The translations under genes were made by a program, and so were the position numbers. From Pedobacter sp. (GTDB lineage: Bacteria > Bacteroidota > Bacteroidia > Sphingobacteriales > Sphingobacteriaceae): 64,000 bases of DNA. How positions within the stretch are numbered: the first letter of the stretch is position 1; each line of letters begins with the position of its first letter. Shown piece by piece: positions 52,041 through 60,794 of this stretch. The notes below the pieces were generated by a model. The model was not told the DNA's origin. It saw only the letters and a program-made list of their open reading frames with translations, and ran no database searches. The DNA lies in assembly GCA_025351765.1 (NCBI GenBank), contig JANXVH010000170.1:65993-129992 (forward strand), read 5' to 3'.

Positions 52041-52116
52041 GTCTGCGGACTTGAGGTTTGTCCTGCAAATTAAAATTTATGGGCCATAGTCTACACTTTA
52101 ATAGAGAATTAAAATT

Positions 52117-52377
52117 ATGCAACAACCTTTTGACGTTCAAATAGGAGATATCGATTACGCAGTATTCCCAGAGGGGAATGATACTTATGTAGTTTTTAAA
52201 GATGGTAAAGAGTACGTTTCCATCCAAAAAGATACAGACCTCCAGTGGATAAAGCTAGATGCTGAGACTGGAACACCAATCTTTGAGACAGATGAAGAAG
52301 TCAACAGTATTGGAAGAGAAATACTTGCCCACATACCTGAGGAGGAAGAAGACGAGGAGCCTGAAGAAGAAGATTAG
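52117..52377 (+). CDS. small acidic hypothetical protein
   Basis: 86-aa ORF filling the gap, A-rich upstream context, E/D-rich tail. Confidence 0.65.
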   Translation: MQQPFDVQIGDIDYAVFPEGNDTYVVFKDGKEYVSIQKDTDLQWIKLDAETGTPIFETDEEVNSIGREILAHIPEEEEDEEPEEED

Positions 52378-53912
52378 CCCGACCAGCTATCTCTATCCAA
52401 GCTTCTGTAATGGATGGCCTCTGCCAGGTGTTCCAGTTGAATGGCGTCACTACCGGCCAGGTCTGCAATGGTGCGGGATACCTTTAATATCCTGTCATAA
52501 GCCCTTGCTGATAAACCAAGCTTTTCCATTGCTTTTTTAATAAGGGCTTGTCCTGCCGGGTCAATTTGGCATATTTGTCTAACCATATTTGGGCTCATCT
52601 GTGCATTATAGTGCAACTTATGGTCGGTGATAAACCGTTGGTACTGAATATTCCTAGCGTCTATCACTCTGTTTCTAATCACTTCACTTCTTTCACCAGA
52701 AACTACAGAGGTCAATTCATTAAAGGCTACAGGTGTAACTTCAACATGCAGGTCAATCCGGTCTAGCAGTGGCCCTGATATCCTACCAAGGTATTTTTGA
52801 ACAACTCCTGGCGGGCAGGTGCATTCTTTTTCTGGGTGGTTATAGAATCCGCAGGGACAGGGGTTCATAGAAGCGATAAGCATAAAGCTACTCGGATAAT
52901 CTACACTAAGCCTAGAACGTGAAATGGTTACATGCCTGTCTTCCAGTGGCTGACGCATTACCTCCAAAACACTTCTTTTAAATTCTGGTAATTCGTCTAA
53001 AAACAGAACGCCATTATGAGCCAGGGAAATCTCGCCAGGTTGAGGGTTTGCGCCACCACCTACTAAAGCCATATCAGATATGGTATGATGGGGGCTGCGG
53101 TAAGGGCGTTCTGTCATCAGGGTAGCGGCTGCGCCGAGTTTTCCGGCAACAGAGTGTATCTTGGTAGTTTCCAATGCTTCCTGCAGACTTAAAGGCGGAA
53201 GTATTCCGGGCAATCGCTTCGCGAGCATTGTTTTTCCTGATCCCGGCGGACCAATTAATATGAGGTTATGGCCACCCGCGGCAGCAATTTCTAACGCACG
53301 CTTAATGTTTTCCTGACCTTTTACATCAGAAAAGTCGTGGTCGTAAGCGTTTACCTTTTCAAAAAACTCGTCCCTTGTTTTTACAATAACCGGCTCATGC
53401 TGTTCGGTTTTGGTAAATAGAGAGATCACATCTTTTAAGTTATTCATGCCGTAAACCATCAGCTCACTTACAATGGCCGCTTCTCTAGAGTTGTCTTTAG
53501 GGAGGATAAAGCCTTTAAATCCTGCTGTTCTGGCTTGTATAGCAATAGGTAAAGCTCCTTTAATTGGTTGCAATCCCCCGTCAAGGGAAAGCTCACCCAT
53601 AATAAAATATTTATCGATCTCGTCTATATCTATTTGCCCTGATGCAGCAAGAATGGCAATGGCAATTGGCAAATCATAAGAAGAGCCTTCTTTTCTTATA
53701 TCTGCAGGGGCAAGATTAATTACTATCTTTTGACGGGGCATTTTTAAACCTGCCGATTGTATGGCACTTTCAATACGCCTTAAACTTTCTTTGATGGCGT
53801 TATCAGGCAAACCTACAATATGATACCTGTTTCCACTACCAATGCTCACTTCTATAGTAATTGTTAAGGCATTTACGCCAAACACAGCGCTCCCATAAGT
53901 TTTTACAAGCAT
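52374..53912 (-). CDS. comM: YifB/ComM Mg-chelatase-like AAA+ ATPase
   Basis: NLAPADIRKEG, GELSLDG, GPPGSGKT, PHHT, GEISLAHNGVLFLDE, NPCPCG. Confidence 0.93.
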   Translation of the reverse strand: MLVKTYGSAVFGVNALTITIEVSIGSGNRYHIVGLPDNAIKESLRRIESAIQSAGLKMPRQKIVINLAPADIRKEGSSYDLPIAIAILAASGQIDIDEIDKYFIMGELSLDGGLQPIKGALPIAIQARTAGFKGFILPKDNSREAAIVSELMVYGMNNLKDVISLFTKTEQHEPVIVKTRDEFFEKVNAYDHDFSDVKGQENIKRALEIAAAGGHNLILIGPPGSGKTMLAKRLPGILPPLSLQEALETTKIHSVAGKLGAAATLMTERPYRSPHHTISDMALVGGGANPQPGEISLAHNGVLFLDELPEFKRSVLEVMRQPLEDRHVTISRSRLSVDYPSSFMLIASMNPCPCGFYNHPEKECTCPPGVVQKYLGRISGPLLDRIDLHVEVTPVAFNELTSVVSGERSEVIRNRVIDARNIQYQRFITDHKLHYNAQMSPNMVRQICQIDPAGQALIKKAMEKLGLSARAYDRILKVSRTIADLAGSDAIQLEHLAEAIHYRSLDRDSWSG

Positions 53913-53986
53913 ATTTAGTAGGTAAAATTGTACCTGCTAAACACTGTAGAATTATTGATAAAGCGGTAAAAATAAAAGAAGTTTTT

Positions 53987-55327
53987 TTACATTTTTCCTT
54001 GCGGCATTTTAGGCATGTTGCGCATCATCTTAGCTGCTGCAGCAGGATTTGAGAATTGCTTCATTACCTTACGCATGTCCTCAAATTGTTTAATAAGCTT
54101 AGTAACCTCCTCTACCTTGGTGCCAGATCCTTTAGCAATACGAAGGCGTCTGCTTTGTTGTATGCTATCAGGGTTTTCACGCTCATATTTAGTCATAGAT
54201 TGGATAACAGCTTCTACGCTTTTAAAAGCATCGTCTTCAATGTCAACGTTCTTCATCATTTTGCTAACACCCGGAATCATGCCCATCAAATCCTTCATAT
54301 TACCCATTTTCTTGATTTGCTGAATCTGGCTATAGAAGTCGTTAAAATCAAACTTATTCTTACGGATCTTTTTCTGCAATTCTGCTGCTTCTTTCTCATC
54401 AAACTGCAATTGTGCGCGTTCAACAAGTGAAACTACATCACCCATACCTAAAATACGAGAGGCCATACGCTCTGGATAGAACACATCAAGTGCTTCCATC
54501 TTTTCGCCGGTACCAATAAATTTAATCGGTTTGTTAACTACAGATTTAATAGACAGTGCTGCCCCACCCCTGGTATCACCATCCAGTTTGGTAAGGACTA
54601 CACCGGTAAAGTCAAGCCTGTCGTTAAACACTTTTGCTGTATTTACAGCATCCTGACCGGTCATGGCATCTACTACAAACAAAATTTCATGAGGCTTAGT
54701 CTTAGCCTTTACTTCAGAAATTTCGTTCATTAAGCTTTCATCAATTGAAAGGCGACCTGCCGTATCTATGATAATTACGTTATTGTTGTTCTTTTTACCT
54801 TCGGCAATCCCTTCAAGTGCAATAGCTACAGGATCTTTAGATTCCTTATTCGCATACACCGGAACACCTACCTGCTCACCAAGTATTTGCAACTGATCAA
54901 CTGCCGCAGGGCGATAAACGTCGCCAGCAACCAATAACGGCTTTTTGCCTTTATTCTTTAGGTGTAAGGCCAGTTTACCGGTAAAGGTTGTTTTACCCGC
55001 ACCGTTTAGTCCTGCAATAAGGATAATTGTTGGATTAGACTTCAGGTCAAGCTCCGTTACTTCACCGCCCATTAGCGCGGTAAGTTCATCATTCATGATC
55101 TTGGTCAGCAACTGACCAGGAGATACAGCTGTTAAGACATTTGCTCCTAAAGCTTTTTCCTTAACATCATCAGTAAAGATTTTAGCGGTCTTATAATTTA
55201 CATCTGCATCCAAAAGCGCTTTACGGATCTCTTTCATGGTCTCTGCCACGTTGATCTCTGTAATACTACCCTGTCCTTTTAAAACTTTAAATGCGCGGTC
55301 TAGCTTGTCCTGTAAATTATCAAACAT
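53987..55327 (-). CDS. ffh: signal recognition particle protein
   Basis: GLNGAGKTT, DTAGR, TKLDGD, Met-rich M domain, RRLRIAKGSG. Confidence 0.98.
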   Translation of the reverse strand: MFDNLQDKLDRAFKVLKGQGSITEINVAETMKEIRKALLDADVNYKTAKIFTDDVKEKALGANVLTAVSPGQLLTKIMNDELTALMGGEVTELDLKSNPTIILIAGLNGAGKTTFTGKLALHLKNKGKKPLLVAGDVYRPAAVDQLQILGEQVGVPVYANKESKDPVAIALEGIAEGKKNNNNVIIIDTAGRLSIDESLMNEISEVKAKTKPHEILFVVDAMTGQDAVNTAKVFNDRLDFTGVVLTKLDGDTRGGAALSIKSVVNKPIKFIGTGEKMEALDVFYPERMASRILGMGDVVSLVERAQLQFDEKEAAELQKKIRKNKFDFNDFYSQIQQIKKMGNMKDLMGMIPGVSKMMKNVDIEDDAFKSVEAVIQSMTKYERENPDSIQQSRRLRIAKGSGTKVEEVTKLIKQFEDMRKVMKQFSNPAAAAKMMRNMPKMPQGKM

Positions 55328-55463
55328 CTTCTTTAATGCTTAGTGTTAAATGTATAAGCTGCAAAGTTATTAAATTTTGCTTGTAAAGTTTGGCCCCGTT
55401 TAATGTTTATTGATCATATAGGTGGGTCAAAAGAGAAAAAATTAGGCTGACTAGGAAGCTATA

Positions 55464-56495
55464 TTACCTTGGAAACGTAAAACCAAAGCCAAGTGATAAA
55501 TTCTGACTGGCCTGAACTTCCGGATCAGAATCCTTATCAAACAAGGCAACCGCATTGATCTTTACTTCCATAAACTTGTTAATTCTTGACCTTAGGGTCA
55601 TATCCAAACGGTGATCTATGTGTTCTAACTTCCTGTCGTAAGGGATAAACATATTGTACCTTGCGTATAAGAAAACATTTTTTAAAATCTGTTTGTCACG
55701 CAGTTCACTGGTTACCTGAAAAGCCAACTCATTTCTAAAAGTTTGAGGAGGCCTTGCGCCCTGACGCCGCCTTAAGCCAAAATTACCACCATTGAATCTT
55801 GGATTAATTACCGCTGTATCTAACAAAAAGGTTTGTTTAGCAGTTCCTGTACCAATTCTGGTAGAAAAATAAGGTACTGGTCTGTACTCAAAACCGATGG
55901 ATTCTGTAAGGTATCCAGGCGCCATAAATTTTGAGATCAAGCTTTGTTGCTCAGCATTATCTTTGTCTTTATCTTTATAATAAGCATATCCCCTATCAAA
56001 CTGTGTTTCTAATGTAACAGAGCCATAAAAGAACCAGCTCTTAGAAAACTGAAAGTTGGCTTTATTGTCCCAATATATTCTATCTCGTGTCTTTTTTTGA
56101 AGCTGATCTTTGTTTCTAATCTTTCCGTATTCCATCCTAAGCTCACTGGTATAACTGTAGCTTTCCTTACTGTAGGCTGCCCTATAGTTAATAAGACCTC
56201 CAAGCGCAAGAGAGTTTACTCCCCCCGCTTTCCAGTTTTTTGAAAAGGCTCCCTGGTTTACATCAATGCCAATCTGAGTGCTGGTTCTCCAATAATTTAT
56301 TTTCTCGGTCAGAACAAGCGGAGCAATAAGTGTTGGTTTGTATAGGATTGACCCCATGCGTGTGGGAAGCGGACTGCGTTTTAACTTGATTTCCAACCCT
56401 TTAGTGTTAATAGGAATGGTGTCGATTTCCTGAGCCACCAAGGCCGAGGACACGAGAAGTAATAACAACAGGCAGATATTAAAACGCTTCATCAT
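55464..56495 (-). CDS. DUF3078 outer-membrane beta-barrel protein
   Basis: Signal peptide, NWKAGG, TQFDRGY, FMAPGY, amphipathic beta C-terminus. Confidence 0.8.
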   Translation of the reverse strand: MMKRFNICLLLLLLVSSALVAQEIDTIPINTKGLEIKLKRSPLPTRMGSILYKPTLIAPLVLTEKINYWRTSTQIGIDVNQGAFSKNWKAGGVNSLALGGLINYRAAYSKESYSYTSELRMEYGKIRNKDQLQKKTRDRIYWDNKANFQFSKSWFFYGSVTLETQFDRGYAYYKDKDKDNAEQQSLISKFMAPGYLTESIGFEYRPVPYFSTRIGTGTAKQTFLLDTAVINPRFNGGNFGLRRRQGARPPQTFRNELAFQVTSELRDKQILKNVFLYARYNMFIPYDRKLEHIDHRLDMTLRSRINKFMEVKINAVALFDKDSDPEVQASQNLSLGFGFTFPR

Positions 56496-56546
56496 TACAA
56501 AGAAAAACAAAAAAGTGACTTATTAAAAGTTTAATTAAGCTTTTTA

Positions 56547-57299
56547 TTAAAACTCTTTAACATCCAGCTTCTGAAGTGGCTGTAACCTGAAGGCCGCCGG
56601 GTTGCGTTTATAACTCGCAAAGCTGTTCCTTAAAAACACCACAAATGCGTAATCAGAAGCGCTGAGCACGAAATCATACGTTGGCCGGTATTGCTCCATA
56701 AAGTCGGTTGAAACAGAATCATTTAGCTGCAAAATAGTTTTAACATAATTTGGATTAAACCGAAAATCTATAATAGACTCCTTATAATCCCGCTCCAATA
56801 TTTTTTGCAGATGTCTTGCATTTTTACCTTCCCTACTCAACAGGTTATATATGGCATCAATTCCTAGGCCCACGCCGCCGGGGCCCAGACTTAGCATATC
56901 TTTCATGCTCCCTTTATTTAGCTTATACTTGTATTCTTTAAGCCGTTTATCGTAAAGCTCCTTTGGGGTAAGTTTTCTTCCGGTGATCGATACTTCCTGC
57001 AAGTTAATGCCCAATGATTTCAATTGAAAATAAATGGAAGATTGGCTTTTCAATACTACCGTATCAACAGCATATCCTTGTAAAACAGCAAACAAGGTAT
57101 CGCCTGCAAGGCCCTTTATTCTAAATTCTCCTTTGGTGGTATTATAAATCCCTTCATCAGCATGTGAATTGTAAATATAAACCTTTGCCAGTCTAAGCTT
57201 AGAATCCTTATCCATCACAAAACCCTGCACTGTTCCGGTTTGTGCAAAGAGCCGGACAGTAATACCAAGAAATAATAGTAACAGGAAAAAAAATCTCAT
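56547..57299 (-). CDS. exported hypothetical protein with carboxypeptidase-regulatory-like N-terminus
   Basis: Signal peptide, GFVMD, GEFRI..GDTL..GY, LQEVSI. Confidence 0.6.
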   Translation of the reverse strand: MRFFFLLLLFLGITVRLFAQTGTVQGFVMDKDSKLRLAKVYIYNSHADEGIYNTTKGEFRIKGLAGDTLFAVLQGYAVDTVVLKSQSSIYFQLKSLGINLQEVSITGRKLTPKELYDKRLKEYKYKLNKGSMKDMLSLGPGGVGLGIDAIYNLLSREGKNARHLQKILERDYKESIIDFRFNPNYVKTILQLNDSVSTDFMEQYRPTYDFVLSASDYAFVVFLRNSFASYKRNPAAFRLQPLQKLDVKEF

Positions 57300-57348
57300 A
57301 AGGTTACAAAGCTACAAGTTAACCAAATGAAGCACACCCACCTTAACA

Positions 57349-58272
57349 TTATTTAACTATTATTAGCTTCTGGCCAATTTTAATGCCATCTGCAGAAAGG
57401 CTGTTGATGCTTTTAAGGTCATCAATGCTGATGTTAAATCTTTTTGAAATATTGTAAAGGGTGTCTCCTTGTTTAACAATATAAGTTTTATCTGTTGGTG
57501 AAACTGCTCCACCCGAAGCCGTAGTACTAGCAGATGATATTATGGCTACAATTTTAACAGGATTTACTTGAGTAGTATCAGGAACTTTAAGTACCAGTTT
57601 TGATGGAGGGGCATCTACAGGAGTAAATTTCTTATACTCTTTTGGCATGTTCGCGTTGATCTCTGTAAATACCCTGTCCTCCCTTTTTAGCTTCTCCGTT
57701 TCAGATTCTGGCGTGTCATATTGGTACAGTTGGTACTTTTCAATAATCCCAATCAGCATATCCGGATATTTAGGATTGGTCGCATATCCAGCCTGCTTTA
57801 AACCGAGCGCCCAGTTCTTATAGTCGTTTTTATCCAACTCAAATAAAAAGCTATAGCGCTTACGCTTTAAAAACTCAGAATGGTCTTTGTAAGATTCCCG
57901 CGCATCTTTATACACCCTAAAGCAATCATTAGCCTGATCGTCATCTTTAAAGTATCCTTTTCCCTTCCACTCTGATGTACATTTTATGCCGAAGTGGTTG
58001 TTTGCAAACCTGGCCAAACTGCTGTTGCCACTACCAGATTCCACAATACCTTGTGCCAGCGTAATACTTGCCGGTATGCCGTAAGTATTCATTTCTTGCA
58101 TGGCAACGGCCTTAAATTCTTCTATATAAGAAAGGGTGGTGCGCGATTTATAATCTGGATTGGCCTTGGTTGCCGCTTTTTCTATTTGCTTGTTATTGCG
58201 ACTGTATTTCCGGCTTTTACAAGAGGATAAAATAAGGGTAAAGAGGAGGAGGTAAAGTATGCTTCTGTTCAT
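57349..58272 (-). CDS. GH73 glucosaminidase lipoprotein with C-terminal LysM
   Basis: LSSC lipobox, PASITLAQGIVES, NNHFGIKC, GYATNPKY, YIVKQGDTLYNISK. Confidence 0.92.
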   Translation of the reverse strand: MNRSILYLLLFTLILSSCKSRKYSRNNKQIEKAATKANPDYKSRTTLSYIEEFKAVAMQEMNTYGIPASITLAQGIVESGSGNSSLARFANNHFGIKCTSEWKGKGYFKDDDQANDCFRVYKDARESYKDHSEFLKRKRYSFLFELDKNDYKNWALGLKQAGYATNPKYPDMLIGIIEKYQLYQYDTPESETEKLKREDRVFTEINANMPKEYKKFTPVDAPPSKLVLKVPDTTQVNPVKIVAIISSASTTASGGAVSPTDKTYIVKQGDTLYNISKRFNISIDDLKSINSLSADGIKIGQKLIIVK

Positions 58273-58907
58273 TAATTTGTTTTTTTTCTGATGATAAAAA
58301 GGCCGTCCCTTACAGGAAGGATTAGCTTTTCAACACGGTTATCGGCAGCAATCTTATCGTTAAATGTAGTAATATTCCTGGTGTCTTTGTCTTGTTCATT
58401 ACTCAAGACCTTGCCACTCCACAGTACATTGTCTACAATAATTATACCCCCTGGCCTTACGCTCTCAAAAATCATGTCGTAGTAGTTTCCGTTATTCTTT
58501 TTGTCGGCATCAATAAAAACCAAATCGTAAACCTTGTTTAAAGAACCAATACTTGCCGTGGCATCTCCAATAATATACTTGATCTTTTCGTTGTATGGCG
58601 AAGTTGCAAAATTGCCCCTCACCATATCTTCCAGCTCCTCATTAATGTCTAGGGTGTAAATTACGCCATCATTACTCAGGCCTTCGGCCAGACATAAAGT
58701 AGCGTAGCCCGTAAAAGTGCCAATCTCCAGTACCGTTGTCGGATTAACCATTTTACTGATCATGCTGAGCACCCTTCCCTGATAATGGCCAGATAACATC
58801 CGCGGCATCAACACCTTAAGCTGAGTATCTCTGTCAATTTTTTTTAACAGGTCGCTTTCAGGCTCGCAGTAATTAAGCAGCAGCTGTTGCAGATTTTCTT
58901 CTATCAT
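58272..58907 (-). CDS. class I SAM-dependent O-methyltransferase
   Basis: LEIGTFTGY, FIDADK, DNVLW, RDGL. Confidence 0.9.
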   Translation of the reverse strand: MIEENLQQLLLNYCEPESDLLKKIDRDTQLKVLMPRMLSGHYQGRVLSMISKMVNPTTVLEIGTFTGYATLCLAEGLSNDGVIYTLDINEELEDMVRGNFATSPYNEKIKYIIGDATASIGSLNKVYDLVFIDADKKNNGNYYDMIFESVRPGGIIIVDNVLWSGKVLSNEQDKDTRNITTFNDKIAADNRVEKLILPVRDGLFIIRKKTN

Positions 58908-58932
58908 ATCGGTTTAGTGTACGCACCCTCAA

Positions 58933-59346
58933 TTAACGGGGCTGTTCCATAAAATATTGCAGGATAATGGTTGCGGCGATGGTATCTACCCGTTCTTTAT
59001 TTTGTCGGTCTTGCTTTTTTAATCCGCTTTGCATAATGGTTTGTTGCGCAAGGCGAGAAGTAAAACGCTCATCAACCCAGTGCTGCGGGATCTCTGGATA
59101 GGTCTTTCTCAAAGTTTTAGCAAAACCTTTAACGTGCTGTGCAGAATCTGACGGACTGCCATCCATTTGTTTTGGATCACCAAATACAAAGGCTACTACC
59201 GTTTCAGTTAACAGGTATTGCTTTAAATAAGCCATAATGTCTTTGGGGTGGATGGTGTCCAGTCCGGTTGCAATGATTTGCAGCGGATCAGTAACGGCAA
59301 TCCCAATTCTTTTTGTTCCGTAATCAAAGGCAATAATTCTGGACAT
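58933..59346 (-). CDS. ruvX: YqgF/RuvX pre-16S rRNA nuclease (start MSRII at 59346)
   Basis: AFDYGTKRIGIA, VDERFTS, VDTIAATIILQ. Confidence 0.93.
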   Translation of the reverse strand: MSRIIAFDYGTKRIGIAVTDPLQIIATGLDTIHPKDIMAYLKQYLLTETVVAFVFGDPKQMDGSPSDSAQHVKGFAKTLRKTYPEIPQHWVDERFTSRLAQQTIMQSGLKKQDRQNKERVDTIAATIILQYFMEQPR

Positions 59347-59422
59347 ATGGGGAGTGATGTTTGACTGACTTCTTTGGGTCAAAGATAGCTATTTGGTGTG
59401 ATTTGTTTACACCAGGTTAAGT

Positions 59423-59556
59423 TTTGGTAAGGGTTTGCTCCTGTGCTTGGTTGGGTCTTAATCGGGTCTTGGTTGGGCTTTGCTTGGGAAAAGGCACCTT
59501 TTACCCAACCAAACCTAACCAAAACCCAACCAAAAGGTTAACCAGCCTAGAGCAAG
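59423..59556. repeat. Long imperfect palindrome built from ~11-bp tandem units
   Basis: Left arm CTTGGTTGGGT/CTTAATCGGGT/CTTGGTTGGGC/TTTGCTTGGGA; centre AAAAGG-CA-CCTTTT; right arm ACCCAACCAA/ACCTAACCAAA/ACCCAACCAAA. Confidence 0.85.
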
Positions 59557-59644
59557 ACACTTCTCCCTACCGATGTTGATGCTTTTACGAAACAATGATT
59601 TTAAGGGGAAATTATATTGATCAAAATTTACTATTTTGCACCAA

Positions 59645-60793
59645 ATGCAATTTAAGAACATCATAGGGCAGGAGCATATTAAGCAACAATTGGTTCAATC
59701 TGTAACAGATAACAGGATCAGTCACGCGCAATTGTTTTTATCCTGCGATGGAAGCGGCGCACTTTTACTGGCAATCGCCTATGCGCAGTTTATCAATTGT
59801 GTAGACAAAAAGGCAGACGATAGCTGTGGCGTTTGCTCATCCTGTAGGAAATACGAACGTTATATTCATCCGGATCTGCATTTCTCCTATCCTTTTTTTG
59901 CATCTAAAGATGTAAAAATAGCGGTTGATGTGTTGGACGAATGGAGAAGCTTGCTACTGGAAGATCCGTATATAGATTTAGATATTTGGCGGTCTAAGTT
60001 AAGCGCAGATAACAAACAGGCAAATATTAATATTGCCGAGTGCCATGACATTATAAAAAAGCTGAGCTATAAAGCTTTTGAAGGCGATACCAAAGTACTG
60101 ATCATGTGGCTGCCAGAATACCTGGAAAAAGAAGGCAACTCACTGTTAAAAATTATTGAAGAACCCCCTGCAAATACCCTATTTATTTTGGTGGCCAATA
60201 ACCAGGATCAAATCCTATCTACCTTACTCTCGCGGACGCAAATTGTAAAAATACCTAAGCTTCCATTTGAAACAGTTGAAACCTACCTGATGGAAAAGCA
60301 CGGACTGTCTGAAAATCAGGCTACAGAATATGCCTTCCTTGCAGATGGCAATTTAATAGAAGCGAAACAACTGGTGGCCAATACCCAAAATGAAAACTCG
60401 GAGAAGTTTGCGGAGTGGTTAAGGATGGGTTACGGTAACCGTGTGCTGGAACTAACCGTTTTTGTAGAACAGGTAGCGGTTTGGGGCAGAGAAAATCAAA
60501 AGAACTTCTTAAAGTATGGAATTAGCTTTATGCGGGAGTGCAGCTTGTTGATTAGCGGAGCGGACGAACTGGTTAAATTACCGCCGCTGGCATTGCAAAC
60601 AGCAAAAAAACTATCAGCACATGTGCTGGATCTAAACATGGCGGATGCCATTATAACAGTGCTTGAAAAAGCGCATTACCATGTAGAGCGAAATGCAAAT
60701 CCTAAAATCTTGTTTTTAGATGTATCTTTACAGCTAGTCAAAATAATTAAGTTTAAAACGTTCCCGCAAGGGACTCAATATATATACAATTAA
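59645..60793 (+). CDS. holB: DNA polymerase III subunit delta'
   Basis: IIGQE, HAQLF, CGVCSSC zinc motif, HPDL, NSLLKIIEEPP, TLLSRTQ. Confidence 0.9.
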   Translation: MQFKNIIGQEHIKQQLVQSVTDNRISHAQLFLSCDGSGALLLAIAYAQFINCVDKKADDSCGVCSSCRKYERYIHPDLHFSYPFFASKDVKIAVDVLDEWRSLLLEDPYIDLDIWRSKLSADNKQANINIAECHDIIKKLSYKAFEGDTKVLIMWLPEYLEKEGNSLLKIIEEPPANTLFILVANNQDQILSTLLSRTQIVKIPKLPFETVETYLMEKHGLSENQATEYAFLADGNLIEAKQLVANTQNENSEKFAEWLRMGYGNRVLELTVFVEQVAVWGRENQKNFLKYGISFMRECSLLISGADELVKLPPLALQTAKKLSAHVLDLNMADAIITVLEKAHYHVERNANPKILFLDVSLQLVKIIKFKTFPQGTQYIYN

Positions 60794-60794
60794 T

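Noticed and set aside
59423..59556. Interpretation as a CRISPR array
   Set aside because: 11-bp units without unique spacers, inverted arrangement, no cas genes
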